From contig NC_047076.1 of assembly GCF_902459465.1 (NCBI RefSeq), positions 9,672,001 to 9,736,000 on the forward strand: a DNA stretch of 64,000 nucleotides. Reading direction: 5' to 3'. Below are positions 62,013 to 64,000 of the stretch, one piece after another. Positions within the stretch are counted from its first letter, which is position 1. Every line of letters starts with the position of its first letter. The notes beneath the pieces were generated by a model, which was not told where the DNA came from, made no database searches, and saw only the letters and a program-made list of their open reading frames with translations. The position numbers and the translations under genes were made by a program. The stretch comes from Asterias rubens (Eukaryota).

Positions 62013-62602
62013 TATTAATAAATACCTTGGACGGTTTCAAGTCTCTGATTGGTCAAAACCCGGTCACGTGTGAGAGTGTTATTGATGTTATAAAGACCAA
62101 CTTTGGAAAATAGCGAATAAGTGGCCACTAAATCAGCATACATTGTGTAACCTTGCGAGTTGCACTGTATCGCACGCTTATTTATATCCCTGTATGTTTC
62201 ATTGCAACTTCGCGCACGTACGCGCGCTGAAAATGTATCAATTTTGAGTGCGCGCGTATAAACTGACGCTCATGCGCGCGTTTTAATGCACAAGGAACAG
62301 CTATCGTCCAATCATTTGCCTCCTTTGACCCCAGTGAAGGCGCTGAACAGATCATTATTCACAAGAGTCACTGGTCTCAAAGATCAGTAATGTGATTAAC
62401 GCACGAAAGAGATGGGAACCATCAAAAGCTCAAATATGGCCCCTGAACAGGTCTGGAAGTACCGCCGAGAGAAAAGTCACAAATTGGACAATTTTAGCCG
62501 TTTAATTCGCTAAAAAAGGTATTTATTAATGGGAATAACAGTGTTCATACCCGGTCATTACCATGCAGTGAAGACCGGGTACTCGCACCGTTATTCCCTA
62601 AT
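62013..62602 (-). mobile_element. Hairpin element family A, copy 2 (hairpin centre deleted)
   Basis: Reverse-complement match to 1834-2551 along its length. Confidence 0.85.
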
Positions 62603-62649
62603 GTAGCAACTTAAATAAACTAGTGCTCTTAGGCATTCATGGCTGTGTG

Positions 62650-62940
62650 TAGCATTTAGTACGTTAATCTGGAGGTCGTTGGTTCAAATCCCACTCTAGT
62701 CAATTCTTTGTTCAACCCCAAAAATTTGGCGTCTTATTAGATTAAGCAGATTCTATGTTTGAGGTTTTATTATTGTACAAATAAGTCGATTCTGTTTAGC
62801 TTTTAGTACGTTAATCTGGAGGTCGTTGGTTCGAATCCCACTCTAATCAATTCTTTGTTGAACCCCAAAAACTTTGTGTCTTATTAGATCAAGCAGATTC
62901 TATGTAAGAGGTTGTATTATTGTACAAATTAGTCGATTCT
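62650..62940 (+). mobile_element. Two tandem 147-bp units containing a tRNA-derived SINE fragment
   Basis: B-box-like ggttc(a/g)aatccc in both units; the tail ctagtcaattctttgttcaaccccaaaa also occurs at about 703-730. Confidence 0.6.
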
Positions 62941-64000
62941 AAAGCGGTCAATTTGCCTAGTGCATCACTAACATTACACTCTCTTATCTACAAGTATGTC
63001 ATAATTTTGCTATTTTCCATGAGATTATCAGCGATAACTAGTGTGGAAATCTAGTGTAAAGTTAAAAGGACTGCACAGACCCAACTAATGTAAACATCAT
63101 GTGTAGCCTGCCAGTTGACTACAATTTGTAGAAGACCTTTTTTCTGTCAGGATTTTGAGTGAACCCGTGTTGGAAAATTCATGAAGAATAGAGCTGACTG
63201 CTGGGATTCACAACAAATCCCCTTTTTATAGTTTTGTTTTATGAAGGGTTTGTAACACTTGATCAGCCCATTGCTTTGATAAGCAATGGTAAATTTATGA
63301 CTGGATATGCAAAGCTGATTGGGTTGCACATTAGCAACAACTTGACATAACCAACCCATGGTGCTTGGTAAGGGCCCCTTAATGTAATTTTTGCTCTAAT
63401 TCCTAATCTTTGGCTTGAAGGAAGGGGGCTAATATAAGTTATCACACAAGCGCGTGTTGAATATTGAAAAATATAGAGCTCCTGCATCCAATATCCAATG
63501 AGGCTGAAGGTAGAGTCAGAAATGGGGCGCAGACATGCTATATTTTTCCGTATTCCACGAGCGCACGAGTTGTAATGAATTTATCTTCCAGTGTCACATG
63601 CAACGCGCAACGGTTAAAAATTCAGAACGTTATTTCGTGACGAAGCTGATTTTTTTTGTAATTTGCTTATTTGTATCTTGTATCTTTTTGTCTCATTGTT
63701 TATTTTATTGTTCTCTTTATGCGCTTAGAGGCTTTTTGCATTAGGCGCTTTACAAATGTCTTATTATTATTATTATTATTTTAATTAAAGAGGACGTATG
63801 GCTTTATGACAAAAATGTGAATACTACAATGTAGCTCCTGTACTAGCACATAAGTTGTCCTTTGTAAGAGGTGTTGTATGTATTTTACATCATTATTTAC
63901 ATCTTGTGGTTTTTCTTAATTGAAATAGTTGTTCCTTTTGCATTGTTACCCTTCCTTAAGTTTATGTCTGCACCCGATAACTTTGCTTTAGCCTTGATGG

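Noticed and set aside
62650-62860. tRNA genes
   Set aside because: Only a B-box/T-arm-like segment is present, no cloverleaf can be built, and the unit is tandemly duplicated; it fits a SINE fragment better.

Overview
AT-rich, repeat-dense animal genomic DNA, probably a marine invertebrate (the repeat content looks sea-star-like; this is an impression, not a database result). One host gene is recognisable: an AMP-activated protein kinase gamma subunit (PRKAG/SNF4 family, four CBS motifs) on the + strand. Its 11 coding exons run from 15084 to a stop at 59644, all have GT-AG boundaries, and they splice in one open frame. Any exon upstream of 15084 could not be identified. The introns and flanks hold a 4-kb DIRS1-type tyrosine-recombinase retroelement (both ITRs and the ICR present, RT core deleted, methyltransferase frame open), fossil RTE, L2, CR1 and Gypsy fragments, TTAA-flanked Kolobok-like elements (two with THAP remnants), several minisatellites and a 149-N gap. 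The most notable unexplained signals are three. (1) A ~0.5-kb hairpin element occurs four times, in both orientations and without a consistent TSD, at one site of a 43-bp minisatellite. (2) Four element families share one architecture: long hairpin, short inverted repeats and a CCAAT/E-box module (Crypton-like by inference). (3) CATGTA or CAGTA insertions at TA dinucleotides look like Tc1/mariner excision footprints.
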